From the NCBI GenBank assembly GCA_965205025.1, contig CBDBFU010000010.1:1-64000 (forward strand): 64,000 nucleotides of DNA, written 5' to 3'. This DNA comes from Candidatus Poribacteria bacterium. GTDB lineage: Bacteria; Poribacteria; WGA-4E; WGA-3G. Shown here piece after piece: positions 19,002-30,030 of the stretch (its first letter is position 1; the number at the start of each line of letters is the position of its first letter). The notes beneath the pieces are model-generated. The model saw nothing but the letters and a program-made list of their open reading frames with translations. It ran no database searches and had not been told where the DNA came from. The translations under genes were made by a program, and so were the position numbers.

Positions 19002-22000
19002 ATGGAACAGAAAGACGCTGAGCTTATTCAACAGGTGCTACATGGTAAGCAAGAAGCCTTCAGTCTTCTTGTCGAAAAGTATCAGAAAGGTATACATGCG
19101 GTTGTGTGGCGTAAAATTGGTGATTTTCATATTGCGCAAGAAATCACACAAGATACATTTCTTAAGGCATACCAAAAACTCGATACATTGAAAAACCATA
19201 ATATGTTCTCTGGATGGCTCTATGTCATTGCGGCACGACTCTGCACAAACTGGTTTCAAAAGAACCGTATAACAGAACAATCTTTAGAGGTTACAGATGC
19301 AAGTGAGGTGGATAAGGTGTCCTATTCTGGATACATGGAAGAAAAACACGCCGTCGACGCTGATGAAACGCGTCGAGAAATTGTAAAAGAATTACTCCAA
19401 AAACTACCTGAAAGTGAAAGAACCGTGGTAACCCTTCATTATCTCGGTGAAATGACAATCAAAGCTATTAGCGAATTCCTTGGTGTATCATCAAATACAA
19501 TAAAAAGTCGTCTTAGTAGAGCGAGGAATCGTTTGAGGAAAGAGGAAGACATTATACAACAATATCTTCCGAGTTTCCAGTTACCTGCGAATCTTACAGA
19601 GAACATCATGAAGGAAATCTCACGTACTTCCTCCATTACACCTGTCACGACTAAGCCCGTGATGCCTTGGGTTCTCTCTTCCGTATCTGCTATTTTCATT
19701 TTCTTACTGATAGGTGTTGGTACACAAACCCTTTTTCGTCATCAACAATCCTACGATTTAGATGCAACATCTGAACAGTCTGTTGAAGTAATTGAGGCAT
19801 TTATCGTTTTGGATTCTATTGAAGAACCCTCTAAACAAATTCAGTTAGGAAACTCTGTTTTTCCCGGTAGTAGACAAGGAACAGAACCAAGTTCTGATCC
19901 AACATTATCCGATACTGCATTAGTTGATTCCTCAGAAAGTATATCGACTAACATGCAATGGAGTCAAATTGACAGTTTAGAAGGGGGTGTCGTCAACGAT
20001 CTTTTTATGACTAATTCAAGTGATATTTTTGCAGGAACACCTACAAGTCTTTATAAATTATCAGAGGATTCAAGCTCATGGAAATTGGTCAATACAAGAA
20101 AAGCAAGTTCACTAAGCTTCCAAGATTCACTCGTTGGTTCATCACAGATGAAAGCTTATTACGAAACGCTCTATCTTGCTACTGATACTGAATTATTAGT
20201 ATCAGAAGATAGTGGTGAGTCATGGAAGTCGTGGGGTATGCACCCAGGAGGCACACCCAAAGGTTTGGTGATAACCGATATGGGAGTTTATATTGCTTTT
20301 CTTGAAGATATCTACTTCTCAAAGAATGCAAACATACCCTGGATTTCGTTAAAAAATGGATTGGATGTCAAAAAGATACGTGCACTTGCCGCAGTTGAAA
20401 ATACTGTCTTCGCTGGTACTAATAAAGGACTGTATCGTCTCGATTCCGATACTTGGGTAGAGTTACCAGTTGGTCCTGTAGATAAAAGTAAGGATAAACT
20501 TACTATCCACGCATTAGCATCATCGAAATCGCGTCTCTATGTAGTAGCTGGTCGAGAGTATACGTATCAGACAGACACACTCCAAAAAGTAATAATGACA
20601 GATACCAATAGCTGGTCCCTTTATCTGTCAAATGATTTGGGTCGCACTTGGAACGAAATATTTCCTGTTGATAAGAAGGAAAAGAAATATCAGATGTCGT
20701 TATTATTACCGACGCCGAGTAAAACTTCAACACCTGTTGATTTTACCTACTCAAATATCAGATTAATTGTCAATAAAGATAATATACTGTTAGCTGATTC
20801 AAAAGAATCTTTCTACTCAACTAATGCAGGTGAAACATGGACATCCATAGATCTAAAAGATATGTCTAAAACTACAAATTTTGCTCCTCCAATTGTAATG
20901 ATGGATGACAACACATTCTTCATAGGAAACCAGTTCGGGGTCACCCGTACTATCGATGCTGGCAAGTCATGGCAAGAATTTAATATTGGAATCACTGGAG
21001 CAACCATTAGGGAACTATATGCTATTAATGGTCAACTCTATGTATCAGATTTGAGTGAACTTATGACTACAACCGATGGTGGTAAGGTTTGGAAACAGGT
21101 AACCGTTGATAAACCTGATATATCAGGTTCTTCCAGTATACCTGTATTGGAGACATTTAACGATATATTGTATATGAAAATCATGATAAATATGACACCA
21201 CATATTTATCGTTTAACAAATACGGATAAGAAGTTTACTCAAATTCAAGGGATTCCCATGATTAATGATGAGTTTACAACTGAAAAAGCTAACATCTCGA
21301 ATAATAATCTACCAAACCAGATGCAAAACAAAAATTATAACAACATTTTTAATAAACTTAACAATGCCGCTAAACAAGGTCTTGAGAACAGCGAATCTCC
21401 TAATATGGACAATATTGATATTGAGACAATATTGAAGAATATTTTTCAAGAAGCATTGATGTCTGATTTAATACCGTCTTTAGGAAACTTTGCAGTTAGT
21501 GGTGAGACTTATTATCTTGAATACAAGCAGAAACTTTATCGTTGGAAATACGGGGCAGATGAGTGGCACTATACTGGTTTAGAGGATAAGAGTGAAAGCA
21601 CCATATCAAGATTACTTCCGACAACGTTTGACTATTCGGACAGTTATTTTGATATTTTCAATAATTTTGGTAATATGGGTTTCAAAATTGCAGTATTAGG
21701 TAATACTGTTTACGTTGGGAAAGGAGATGGACAACTCGCTCAATCTTGGGATGAGGGAGACACTTGGAACGACATCACTGCAGATCTTCCGTTTGCTTTT
21801 TCGGTATTTTACGCTCTCACTTTTGCTGGAAAAACGATTTATGTAGCAACTGACAAAGGTAGCGCGTTTTCAAGGGACGGTGTCACTTGGCATAGCTTAA
21901 TAAACTCTGAAGGCATACCAATTATCATAGAGAAATTTGCAGTGGAAGGCATGAAGGTATACGGACAAGACAAAAACCACGTCTATCAACTGAACGATAA

Positions 22001-22127
22001 ATCAATTACCTGGGAACAGATAACACCAGAAATTCCTGATTCCGTCTTATCGTTTGCTGTTGATGAAAACATGCTATATATTGGAGCTTCTAATCGGGGT
22101 GTGTTAGGTTTTAGGCTTGATGAGTAG
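19002..22127 (+). CDS. ECF sigma-70 factor fused through a TM helix to a large extracytoplasmic BNR/beta-propeller domain
   Basis: Region 2 (AQEITQDTFLKAY, FSGWLYVIA) and region 4 (TIKSRLSRARNRL); TM at ~aa 221-240; repeated SxDxGxTW Asp-boxes. Confidence 0.9.
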   Translation: MEQKDAELIQQVLHGKQEAFSLLVEKYQKGIHAVVWRKIGDFHIAQEITQDTFLKAYQKLDTLKNHNMFSGWLYVIAARLCTNWFQKNRITEQSLEVTDASEVDKVSYSGYMEEKHAVDADETRREIVKELLQKLPESERTVVTLHYLGEMTIKAISEFLGVSSNTIKSRLSRARNRLRKEEDIIQQYLPSFQLPANLTENIMKEISRTSSITPVTTKPVMPWVLSSVSAIFIFLLIGVGTQTLFRHQQSYDLDATSEQSVEVIEAFIVLDSIEEPSKQIQLGNSVFPGSRQGTEPSSDPTLSDTALVDSSESISTNMQWSQIDSLEGGVVNDLFMTNSSDIFAGTPTSLYKLSEDSSSWKLVNTRKASSLSFQDSLVGSSQMKAYYETLYLATDTELLVSEDSGESWKSWGMHPGGTPKGLVITDMGVYIAFLEDIYFSKNANIPWISLKNGLDVKKIRALAAVENTVFAGTNKGLYRLDSDTWVELPVGPVDKSKDKLTIHALASSKSRLYVVAGREYTYQTDTLQKVIMTDTNSWSLYLSNDLGRTWNEIFPVDKKEKKYQMSLLLPTPSKTSTPVDFTYSNIRLIVNKDNILLADSKESFYSTNAGETWTSIDLKDMSKTTNFAPPIVMMDDNTFFIGNQFGVTRTIDAGKSWQEFNIGITGATIRELYAINGQLYVSDLSELMTTTDGGKVWKQVTVDKPDISGSSSIPVLETFNDILYMKIMINMTPHIYRLTNTDKKFTQIQGIPMINDEFTTEKANISNNNLPNQMQNKNYNNIFNKLNNAAKQGLENSESPNMDNIDIETILKNIFQEALMSDLIPSLGNFAVSGETYYLEYKQKLYRWKYGADEWHYTGLEDKSESTISRLLPTTFDYSDSYFDIFNNFGNMGFKIAVLGNTVYVGKGDGQLAQSWDEGDTWNDITADLPFAFSVFYALTFAGKTIYVATDKGSAFSRDGVTWHSLINSEGIPIIIEKFAVEGMKVYGQDKNHVYQLNDKSITWEQITPEIPDSVLSFAVDENMLYIGASNRGVLGFRLDE

Positions 22128-22172
22128 TATTATGAATAGTCATTTATAGTTAACACCTGACCTAAAAGTTAA

Positions 22173-25100
22173 CTATCTAATTTCAATGGAACTACTATTT
22201 CCTCGTTTTCGGACGTTTATTTTCACGGGTAGACGATTCGTTAATGCCTGTATATGACTAATAAGATAGATTCTTCGTCCTTGAGAACGGAGGGTTTCCA
22301 ACGCAGCCACTGCAACATCAAGCGTTTCCGCATCAAGCGTTCCAAAACCTTCGTCAAGAAATAGTGAATTGAGTTGTGAACGTCCCTTGCTGAGTTCAGA
22401 TAGTGCGAGTGCGAGTGCAAGACTGGTCAAAAATGACTCTCCTCCAGATAACGTTTCAACAGGTCGTTCTTCATTTGCATTCCACCTGTCGATTACGCTC
22501 AACCTACCGATATTTTCAACTTTGAGTTGGTATCGTTCCGATGTTAGATCCTTTAAATATGCATTCGCTATACGACTTACCTGTTTGAACATGATATCCA
22601 ACGCAAAATCACGTAAGGTATTTTGAGGAATTGTGTCTTGTAGCTGTTTCCACCTGTCAAATTCCTTCCTGGCTACATTCAACTCCTTACTTATTTCTTC
22701 ACGTTTTTTGAGTGTATCCTTCAGATCTTCGATTTTCCGGTTTTGAGATCCAATTTGTTCTGTTGTTTCCTGTATTTTTGTTTTAATCTGAGCATCCTGT
22801 TCTTCAATCTTCTTTAATTTCTCTGGATCATACGGAGTTTTTTCAAATATAGATTGTAATTCGGCAATATCCGTATTGAGTTGTTGTATCTCTGTCTCAT
22901 GCTTATCAATACTATCTGCGAGTTCTTGTATCTGGTCATCATCTCGGAATGCTTTCTCATGTTCTTCAGACGAAGTGAATCCGACATCTTCTAATTTGTC
23001 ATGGTATGTTTTCTTCGCTTCCTCAAACCTATCATTACTTTCCTCCATCTGCTTATTACACAATCGTTGTGCAACCTCTTTCTCGGTATGTAAATTACGA
23101 CTTTCCTGAAGTTGTGTGTCCGCTTCGTCGCGTGCTATCTGCTTTTTTTCTATCTCTTCTTCAAACTGTTTGATAGCAGAATTGATCGCTTCTTCGGTTT
23201 CCAAACCATCGGTTTTCTCTTTTACAACACCAATGAGTCGATCACCTTCATTCTGATATTTCTGTATTTCTTTGTTAAGTTCAGAAAGACGGATATTCTC
23301 ACTTTCGAGTGATTTCTGATCATTTTTAATATTAGCATTCAGTACATCAAAATCTTTATTATTCGTTGACAGATTCCGCTCTCTGGAATCTACTTCCTCA
23401 ATCCTATCTTCAAATTGTTGCTTTGCTTCATCAGGGGTGGTATCGTGAAATGAATTAGGCATTGATTCCCAAAACCTATCCTCAGTATCTGAAATACTAC
23501 CCTCTAAATCTTCTATTTCTGAAGTTACGTCTTCCAAATCTTGTTTTGTATCCTTTAACAGATCATTTTCTCGCATGTGATCTCGTTCACATGTATTGAG
23601 TTCTTGAGTGGTTAATTTCAGCGATGCAGATAGTTCAGTCATTTTTTCTTGTGTCGAATTCAGATCGTCAATCGCATTAACCGCTTCATCAATCTTTTCT
23701 TCAACCCAAGCAGATGATATGTCTGAAGATTCATACAATTCATGCCACTGCTTCTCATAACTATCAATTTCAGATGTCAATCTTTCTATCTCCTGTTGAC
23801 CTTCTTTAATCCTTTCAGAAGTATATGATTTATCCTGTTCTTTTTTAAGATGTTCCCTCTCTAAGTCTTGTATCTTTTGCTGTGTTTCGTTGTAAAGTAT
23901 TTTAGCCTTGTCTAATCTATCTTCAATATCCTTAATCAACTCTTCGTTTTCATGTTCGATTATACCTGCATGTGGATGCTCCATAGACCCGCAAACACGA
24001 CAAGGTTTCCCCGGTTCAAGTTCATGTCGAAGCTGGTTAACTGGATCTGTTAGTAGAGCTGATTGTTTTTCTCTCTCTAATTTCTCAACTTCTGCTTCAG
24101 CACCTTCATAATCTGGGTTTAGATCTTCTAATTCCTGCTGAATCCCGCTAAGAACTACATCATGTGTATCACTTTGTTCTTCGAATCCCTTTAGTCTACT
24201 CTTTTCTTCTTTAAGTTGTTGTATGGTATTATCATACTGCTGTGCAATCGGTTGTGCTTTTCTTGCTTTCTTTTGTCCACTTTGCCACTCCTCAGACGTG
24301 CCAACCTTTAGAAGTGTATTGTATTTCGTGTCTATTTCTTGATGCAATTCTGCTATCTTTTCCTTTTCTGATTTTAACTTTTCTCGCTTTTGAGTTAGTT
24401 TTTCTACCTCCACCTCTAAATCAATAATTTGTGATCTATACTCCGATTGATCATTAACTTTTCCTTGCATTTGTTTCTGAAGTGCTTTTATATCTACAAG
24501 TATAGCGGTTGCTCTGGTAAGGCGTTGATTCCGATCAGATGGCAGGGGGTTTTCTTCTAAATAGGCTTTGGTTTCAGTTATCTGTTTTTGCAGTTCTACC
24601 TGACGAGTTTCATGCTCTGACAACTGATCTGTTAGTTTGTCAATCTGCGCCTTCAGTGAATCTCTGGAAGTTGTTCGTTCTCTTACTTGCTCGAATTGGT
24701 TTTCTGCCTGTTTTACATCCAAGATAGCATTCTTGTAAAGACTAACTTTACTGTTTTTTCCTTCTTCTACTGCTGAGTATTCCTCGTTCTTACTTTTAAA
24801 CTCCGTCTGATGTATCTCCACTTGTTTTTTAGCATCAGAAAGTTCTTTTTCAGCTTGCTTGAAAGCCTGCGAAGCCCTCTCACTATCGGTTTTTGCTGTG
24901 TCATACAACTGTTTTTCGGCCCGAAGACGATTTGCCCGTTCTCCGTTTTCAAGTTCCTTCTTCAGATTATCTATTACCGATTGATTCTCAATAAGTTCTT
25001 TTTCGCGCTCCACAGCAGTTTGCAGCTTGTTATAGTTATCCCTTCGTTCTGTCTCTTGATTTAAATCCTTTTGAATTTGTTGAGCTTGCACACCAAATCT

Positions 25101-25811
25101 TTCGGCTACTGCTTGGAATTGCTTTAGTTCTGCTTCAGCTTCTGCAAGTTGTTCTGGAGATACATCTGGGATTGCACCAATATTAACTTCTGCTTGATCA
25201 TACTCACTTTCAACCTTATTTACTTGAGCGGTTAATGTGAGTTTAAGTTCTTCATAGATATCCACATCAGCAGCAGCTTCCAGAATTACGCGTCTTTCTT
25301 CGTTCTTTGCTTTTAAGAAAGCGGCAAATTCCCCTTGTGCCAACATAATTGACCGCTTGAAGGCATCAAAATCAAGACCTAATATAGAGGTAATTTCTTC
25401 GCTTATACTATTCTCACTGGAACCAAGTGATTTACCTTGATTTGAAAGTCTATCAGAAATCAGTTCACCTGTGTCAGCATTTATCAATTGTCCACTGGGT
25501 GAACTTTTTAACTGAGAAGACCACTTGGAAATGTAGCGTTTCCCATTTGCGTTGAAATGTACTTCAGCAAAACACTCTTTTTCACCTTGACTGATTAGAT
25601 GTCTCGGGTTTTGTGTTCCTGTACTTCCCAGACGCGGTGTTTTACTGTAAAGTGCAACACAAATTGCATCTAACAACGTTGTCTTTCCAGCCCCAGTCGG
25701 TCCTGTGATAGCCACAAGCGATGCATCCCCTAAAGGTGGATTTTCAAAATCTATTTCTACCTCTTCCCGAAAACTATTGATATTTTTGAGTTTTAATTTA
25801 GTTAATTTCAT
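22173..25811 (-). CDS. sbcC: SbcC SMC-like ATPase (Rad50 homolog)
   Basis: Walker A GPTGAGKT, zinc hook CRVCG, LSGGE signature, FLDEGFG, long coiled coils. Confidence 0.95.
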   Translation of the reverse strand: MKLTKLKLKNINSFREEVEIDFENPPLGDASLVAITGPTGAGKTTLLDAICVALYSKTPRLGSTGTQNPRHLISQGEKECFAEVHFNANGKRYISKWSSQLKSSPSGQLINADTGELISDRLSNQGKSLGSSENSISEEITSILGLDFDAFKRSIMLAQGEFAAFLKAKNEERRVILEAAADVDIYEELKLTLTAQVNKVESEYDQAEVNIGAIPDVSPEQLAEAEAELKQFQAVAERFGVQAQQIQKDLNQETERRDNYNKLQTAVEREKELIENQSVIDNLKKELENGERANRLRAEKQLYDTAKTDSERASQAFKQAEKELSDAKKQVEIHQTEFKSKNEEYSAVEEGKNSKVSLYKNAILDVKQAENQFEQVRERTTSRDSLKAQIDKLTDQLSEHETRQVELQKQITETKAYLEENPLPSDRNQRLTRATAILVDIKALQKQMQGKVNDQSEYRSQIIDLEVEVEKLTQKREKLKSEKEKIAELHQEIDTKYNTLLKVGTSEEWQSGQKKARKAQPIAQQYDNTIQQLKEEKSRLKGFEEQSDTHDVVLSGIQQELEDLNPDYEGAEAEVEKLEREKQSALLTDPVNQLRHELEPGKPCRVCGSMEHPHAGIIEHENEELIKDIEDRLDKAKILYNETQQKIQDLEREHLKKEQDKSYTSERIKEGQQEIERLTSEIDSYEKQWHELYESSDISSAWVEEKIDEAVNAIDDLNSTQEKMTELSASLKLTTQELNTCERDHMRENDLLKDTKQDLEDVTSEIEDLEGSISDTEDRFWESMPNSFHDTTPDEAKQQFEDRIEEVDSRERNLSTNNKDFDVLNANIKNDQKSLESENIRLSELNKEIQKYQNEGDRLIGVVKEKTDGLETEEAINSAIKQFEEEIEKKQIARDEADTQLQESRNLHTEKEVAQRLCNKQMEESNDRFEEAKKTYHDKLEDVGFTSSEEHEKAFRDDDQIQELADSIDKHETEIQQLNTDIAELQSIFEKTPYDPEKLKKIEEQDAQIKTKIQETTEQIGSQNRKIEDLKDTLKKREEISKELNVARKEFDRWKQLQDTIPQNTLRDFALDIMFKQVSRIANAYLKDLTSERYQLKVENIGRLSVIDRWNANEERPVETLSGGESFLTSLALALALSELSKGRSQLNSLFLDEGFGTLDAETLDVAVAALETLRSQGRRIYLISHIQALTNRLPVKINVRKRGNSSSIEIR

Positions 25812-27010
25812 TTAGATTCCTCAACCATTTGGAGTAATTCGCTAAATGTCTGTTTTAATGGCTCATCTGGAGGGTTATCAAAAGTTGTAATATGATACTG
25901 TTCAAAAATTTCTTCTGGTTGTTCCATATCTTCAATCTGTATAGAAGGTCCTCCATCTGTTTCTGGTAGTTCGACCTCGATTATTAATACTTCACCACCC
26001 TGATCAGTAAATACTGTTCGTATTTCATCACTACTAACTTTTCCAACTTTATTTAATTTTAGTTTTACTTGGATATATTTATTTTCCCAATCCTCTGACA
26101 TAGCCTTTCCAAGCACAGTGGTTTCATCTCCCTCAACAATACATAGCTCTTTAAAAATAGGAATTTCAATCTCCTCTTGTTCCAATGTTCCATCTTCAGA
26201 TATTTCAAGTATGTTAACTTTCTTCTTGTAATTGATTTCACTGAACCTTAAAGGAATTGGTGAACCAGAATATCGGATTGGAAAATCTTTTCCATTTATC
26301 GTCTGTGGTCTATGGAGATGTCCAAGTGCAACATAATCAACACCATCAGGAAAATCAGTGGCATGAACAGCCGTTGCTCCACCAATTCGTATACTCGATT
26401 GAGATTCGCTGAGTGGTTCACCTTGTGTTTTTCTCTCCGAACCACTTACACTTCCACCTTCAACATAAAAGTGTCCCATCAATATCTTTGGAAGGTTTGT
26501 AGACAAACCAGCAAAACATTCAGAATATAATGTCTTAATTCGTTCACGATATCTATCACTTTTTTCTACTTCTGTTTCATAAGAAATATGTTCAAGTACA
26601 CTTTCTGAAAGATATGGAACTGCTGCAACAGCTACCCGTGGGTTTTCGGGAGGAAAAGTAAATACGCATTCAGAAGGTTCATTGACGAGTCCAACAACGT
26701 GGATTCGACCCATCTTCAGGAATTCACGTGGGGCTTCTAAGTGACGCGCTGAATCGTGGTTACCAGCAATAATTACCGTATGAGTCTCAGTTTCATTAGA
26801 TAGTTGGTAGAGGAACTCGTAATAGAGTTTAGTTGCTTCTGCTGAGGGAAGGGAGGTGTCAAATATATCTCCTGAAACGAGGAGGAGTTCTATATCATTT
26901 TCTTTGATTTTTTCTAAGAGCCAGTCAAGAAATTGTTTATGTTCATCATGTCGAGATCGTTCATGTAATTTTTGTCCTATATGCCAATCGGCAGTATGTA
27001 AAATACGCAT
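25808..27010 (-). CDS. sbcD: SbcD nuclease (Mre11 homolog)
   Basis: HTADWHIG, GDIFD, GNHDS, ALGHLH, YSGSP; overlaps the sbcC start. Confidence 0.95.
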   Translation of the reverse strand: MRILHTADWHIGQKLHERSRHDEHKQFLDWLLEKIKENDIELLLVSGDIFDTSLPSAEATKLYYEFLYQLSNETETHTVIIAGNHDSARHLEAPREFLKMGRIHVVGLVNEPSECVFTFPPENPRVAVAAVPYLSESVLEHISYETEVEKSDRYRERIKTLYSECFAGLSTNLPKILMGHFYVEGGSVSGSERKTQGEPLSESQSSIRIGGATAVHATDFPDGVDYVALGHLHRPQTINGKDFPIRYSGSPIPLRFSEINYKKKVNILEISEDGTLEQEEIEIPIFKELCIVEGDETTVLGKAMSEDWENKYIQVKLKLNKVGKVSSDEIRTVFTDQGGEVLIIEVELPETDGGPSIQIEDMEQPEEIFEQYHITTFDNPPDEPLKQTFSELLQMVEESK

Positions 27011-27104
27011 TAATTCCTCAATTTATTACTATTTTTCCATAATTATGATATACTTATTTCTGCTATTATTCAAGCGAAAATAGATAACAACTATTGGAGG
27101 AAAT

Positions 27105-27845
27105 ATGCGTTTTTCATCTCTATTAATTGCTTTCGTTATACTCTTAACACTGTCCTTCTTTACCTTCGTAGACGCAACAGCAAAATTGTTCTTTCATGAT
27201 GATTTTGAGAAGGATGCCGTCGGTAATGAACCCAAGAAATGGGAAATAGGGTTTGATGGGAAGACAAAGGCAGAAGTTGTTGCTGATCCAAATGATGCGA
27301 GTAATAAAGTACTCAAAACATCTACCAATCCATCCAATGCTTCTCGACACGATGTAGGTGGTTCAATCTATGTGGTTGGAGAAGACAGTTGGGATGATTA
27401 TGTAGCTGAATGGGATATGATGTTTCCTGATGATTTCTATATGGGAGTCGTCTTCCGCTTTCAAGATGGTGAGAAATTCTATTTAAGTGATCGACGACAA
27501 GGTGGTAGAGATTATCACTTCTACAAGCGACAAGGTGGTTGGGCTCTCGTGAAGGGCGGTGCTGTGGAAAATAGACCTGAAGTCTGGTATCGAGCACAAC
27601 TAACCCTTTCGGGTGACAAGTTCACATTTAAGCTGAAAGATCGTAAAGACACCACGGTATTTGACAACATTGATCCTGCAACAGAAGGTCAAGATGGTAG
27701 TTTCAAGACCGGTAGGTTTGGGAATTACGGTCTTGTGTATATAGATAACCTCTTTATCGGTGATTCGGTTGATGATTTCGTTTTACCTGTTGAACCACAG
27801 GATAAACTTAGTACGACTTGGGGGGCGATTAAGGATACCTATTAA
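27105..27845 (+). CDS. Secreted concanavalin/LamG-like beta-sandwich protein with a conserved C-terminal tail
   Basis: Signal peptide; FHDDFE, WDDYV, IDNL; tail LPVEPQDKLSTTWGAIK. Confidence 0.75.
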   Translation: MRFSSLLIAFVILLTLSFFTFVDATAKLFFHDDFEKDAVGNEPKKWEIGFDGKTKAEVVADPNDASNKVLKTSTNPSNASRHDVGGSIYVVGEDSWDDYVAEWDMMFPDDFYMGVVFRFQDGEKFYLSDRRQGGRDYHFYKRQGGWALVKGGAVENRPEVWYRAQLTLSGDKFTFKLKDRKDTTVFDNIDPATEGQDGSFKTGRFGNYGLVYIDNLFIGDSVDDFVLPVEPQDKLSTTWGAIKDTY

Positions 27846-27957
27846 AGAAAAGCGTGGAGGGTTGGAAGGAAGTTCCTTCACATAGGATAGTTCTTTCCTC
27901 CTTCTATGCGGATGTTATCACCCGATTCACCTAACCGAACCGCAAGGAAAATAAAAA

Positions 27958-29235
27958 ATGTCGACCTATATTGCCCACGGTGGAAAAGACACTGTCATCA
28001 CATCCGAAGAAAAACGTGCCTTAATACACGAGGCACTCCTCAAATTGGGTGGGACACCGAAGAAGATCTTGGTTGTTCCACCTGATATTACCCGTCTACA
28101 TTCAAACGCTGGCGAACTTACCCGTATTCTCTATGAACTTTGGGATGCTGCAAACGGTACGGTATTTGATATCCTACCTGCTATCGGAACACACTCACCG
28201 ATGACCGCTGAACATATATCAGAGATGTATGGTGATTTACCGAAAGCAACGTACCATGAACATCACTGGCGAACCGGACTTTATCATTTTGGTGATGTGC
28301 CATCAGAATTTGTCAGCGAGGTATCACACGGAAAATTGGATTATAGTATTCCTGTTGCTGTTAACAGTCGCCTTGTTGAGGGAGATTACGAACTTATCAT
28401 CTCTGTTGGACAAGTGATTCCGCATGAAGTAATTGGGATTGCAAATGGATTCAAGAATATCCTTGTCGGTGCTGGTGGTGTGGAAATGATCAATAAATCC
28501 CATTTTCTCGGTGCAGTGGATGGAATGGAACGATTGATGGGACGAACGGATACATCTGTCCGGAGAGTTTTAAACTACGCACATACACACTATCTGAAAC
28601 AACTGGGAATTGTGTATGTCATGAGTGTGATGGATGTTGATTCTGGTGGGGATCGCATCATGCGGGGACTTTACATAGGCGACGATGCACATACCTTTGA
28701 GATTGCTGCAGAATTGAGCCGTAACGTCAACATGACATTTTTAGATGAACCTTTAGAAAAGGTTGTTGTCTACTTAGATCCGAGAGAATTCAAGAGTACT
28801 TGGCTTGGAAATAAGGCTATTTATCGTACACGAATGGCAATGGCAGATGACGGAGAATTGCTTATTATTGCGCCGGGGTTACGTGAATTCGGTGAGGACG
28901 CCGAAATTGATAGACTCATACGCAAATACGGATACTGTGGCACACCTACCACACTAAAGGCAGTGGAAGAAAATCAGGAATTACAGGAGAATCTCTCCGC
29001 TGCTGCACATCTGATTCACGGTAGTACCGAGGGGCGTTTCAAGGTCGTTTATGCAACGGAACATCTCACCCAAACCGAAATTGAATCCGTTGGCTACGAG
29101 TGGGCACCTGTGAGCGAAATCCTTGCTGAATACAACTCTGAAATGCTTGTTGATGGATTTAATGAGGGGGGCTTTTTCTACATCAGTGAACCCGGGCAAG
29201 GGTTGTGGGCACTGCGTTCACGTTTTGCGAAATAG
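27958..29235 (+). CDS. Lactate racemase (LarA) N-terminal domain protein
   Basis: VPPDITR, PAIGTH, PHEVIG, GFKNILVG. Confidence 0.85.
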   Translation: MSTYIAHGGKDTVITSEEKRALIHEALLKLGGTPKKILVVPPDITRLHSNAGELTRILYELWDAANGTVFDILPAIGTHSPMTAEHISEMYGDLPKATYHEHHWRTGLYHFGDVPSEFVSEVSHGKLDYSIPVAVNSRLVEGDYELIISVGQVIPHEVIGIANGFKNILVGAGGVEMINKSHFLGAVDGMERLMGRTDTSVRRVLNYAHTHYLKQLGIVYVMSVMDVDSGGDRIMRGLYIGDDAHTFEIAAELSRNVNMTFLDEPLEKVVVYLDPREFKSTWLGNKAIYRTRMAMADDGELLIIAPGLREFGEDAEIDRLIRKYGYCGTPTTLKAVEENQELQENLSAAAHLIHGSTEGRFKVVYATEHLTQTEIESVGYEWAPVSEILAEYNSEMLVDGFNEGGFFYISEPGQGLWALRSRFAK

Positions 29236-29256
29236 ATTGCTAAAGCTCTCCGTTTT

Positions 29257-29583
29257 ATGGCACACTATACAGCAGAAAAACCAAAAGTTTATATTGAAAC
29301 CAAGCAGCAGCATATCAACAACGTTTGTGTCGCCGCTGGATATCAACCAGCAACCCTCTGTACACCCGAGGCGTTAATGGAGGAAATACAGATGAAAGAG
29401 CAACAGGAACCACAGACAGATCCTATCCTTGAAGAATGTTATCGAATAAAAGCAGAATTTTCTGCCCAATTCAATTCTATAGAGGAACTTTACAACTATT
29501 TGAAGGCAAGAGAGAAAGAGCGCAGAGCTCAAGGTAGGGTATATATAGATCCGCCTCCACCCCCAGCAAAGCAGAGCGAATAG
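29257..29583 (+). pseudogene. Internally deleted PIN/VapC toxin fused to a downstream small partner domain
   Basis: KPKVYIET (PIN first strand) is joined directly to VCVAAGYQPATLCTPEALMEE (typical PIN C-terminus), with the core absent; followed by DPILEECYRIK. Confidence 0.6.
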
Positions 29584-29712
29584 TCTCCGGGGTGATGTGT
29601 TCTACTGTATCGACGAACTCGCTCACGGTCTCTTGCAAGCGTACATTTTTCTTCATCGCAATGCGGTATCCAGTCAGTAGATGAATTCCAACAAACAGAA
29701 GGAAAGAAAAAA

Positions 29713-29931
29713 ATGCAACCGTTTAATATTATCGTCGAAAAACATACCGATGGCTATGTCGCCTACCCGCTCGGGTTGAAAGGTGTTGTCATAGGACAAG
29801 GGGATACCTATGAAGAAAGTGTTGCGGATGTAACCTCTGCGATTCGGTTTTATATTGAGACTTTTGGAAAAGAAGAACTCGAAATTGAGGAGCCTGCCTT
29901 GGATGTTTTCGTAACTGAAGTGAATATCTGA
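29713..29931 (+). CDS. hicB: HicB-family antitoxin
   Basis: DGYVAYPLGLKGVVIGQGDTYEESVADVTSAI. Confidence 0.85.
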   Translation: MQPFNIIVEKHTDGYVAYPLGLKGVVIGQGDTYEESVADVTSAIRFYIETFGKEELEIEEPALDVFVTEVNI

Positions 29932-29934
29932 TTA

Positions 29935-30030
29935 ATGCCGCGTTTTCCAACAGATGCCCCAAAAAACAGAGTTATTCGCGCGTTAGAGCGATTAGGATAC
30001 CGTATAATTCGGGAACGGTATCGTGCAAAT
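29935..30030 (+). pseudogene. hicA: Truncated HicA-family toxin
   Basis: ATG at 29935 reads MPRFPTDAPKNRVIRALERLGYRIIRER; similarity is then lost before the catalytic His; directly downstream of hicB. Confidence 0.7.

Noticed and set aside
22173-27010. SMC plus nuclease as a Wadjet or Lamassu defence system
   Set aside because: The zinc hook and Mre11-type phosphoesterase identify ordinary SbcCD.
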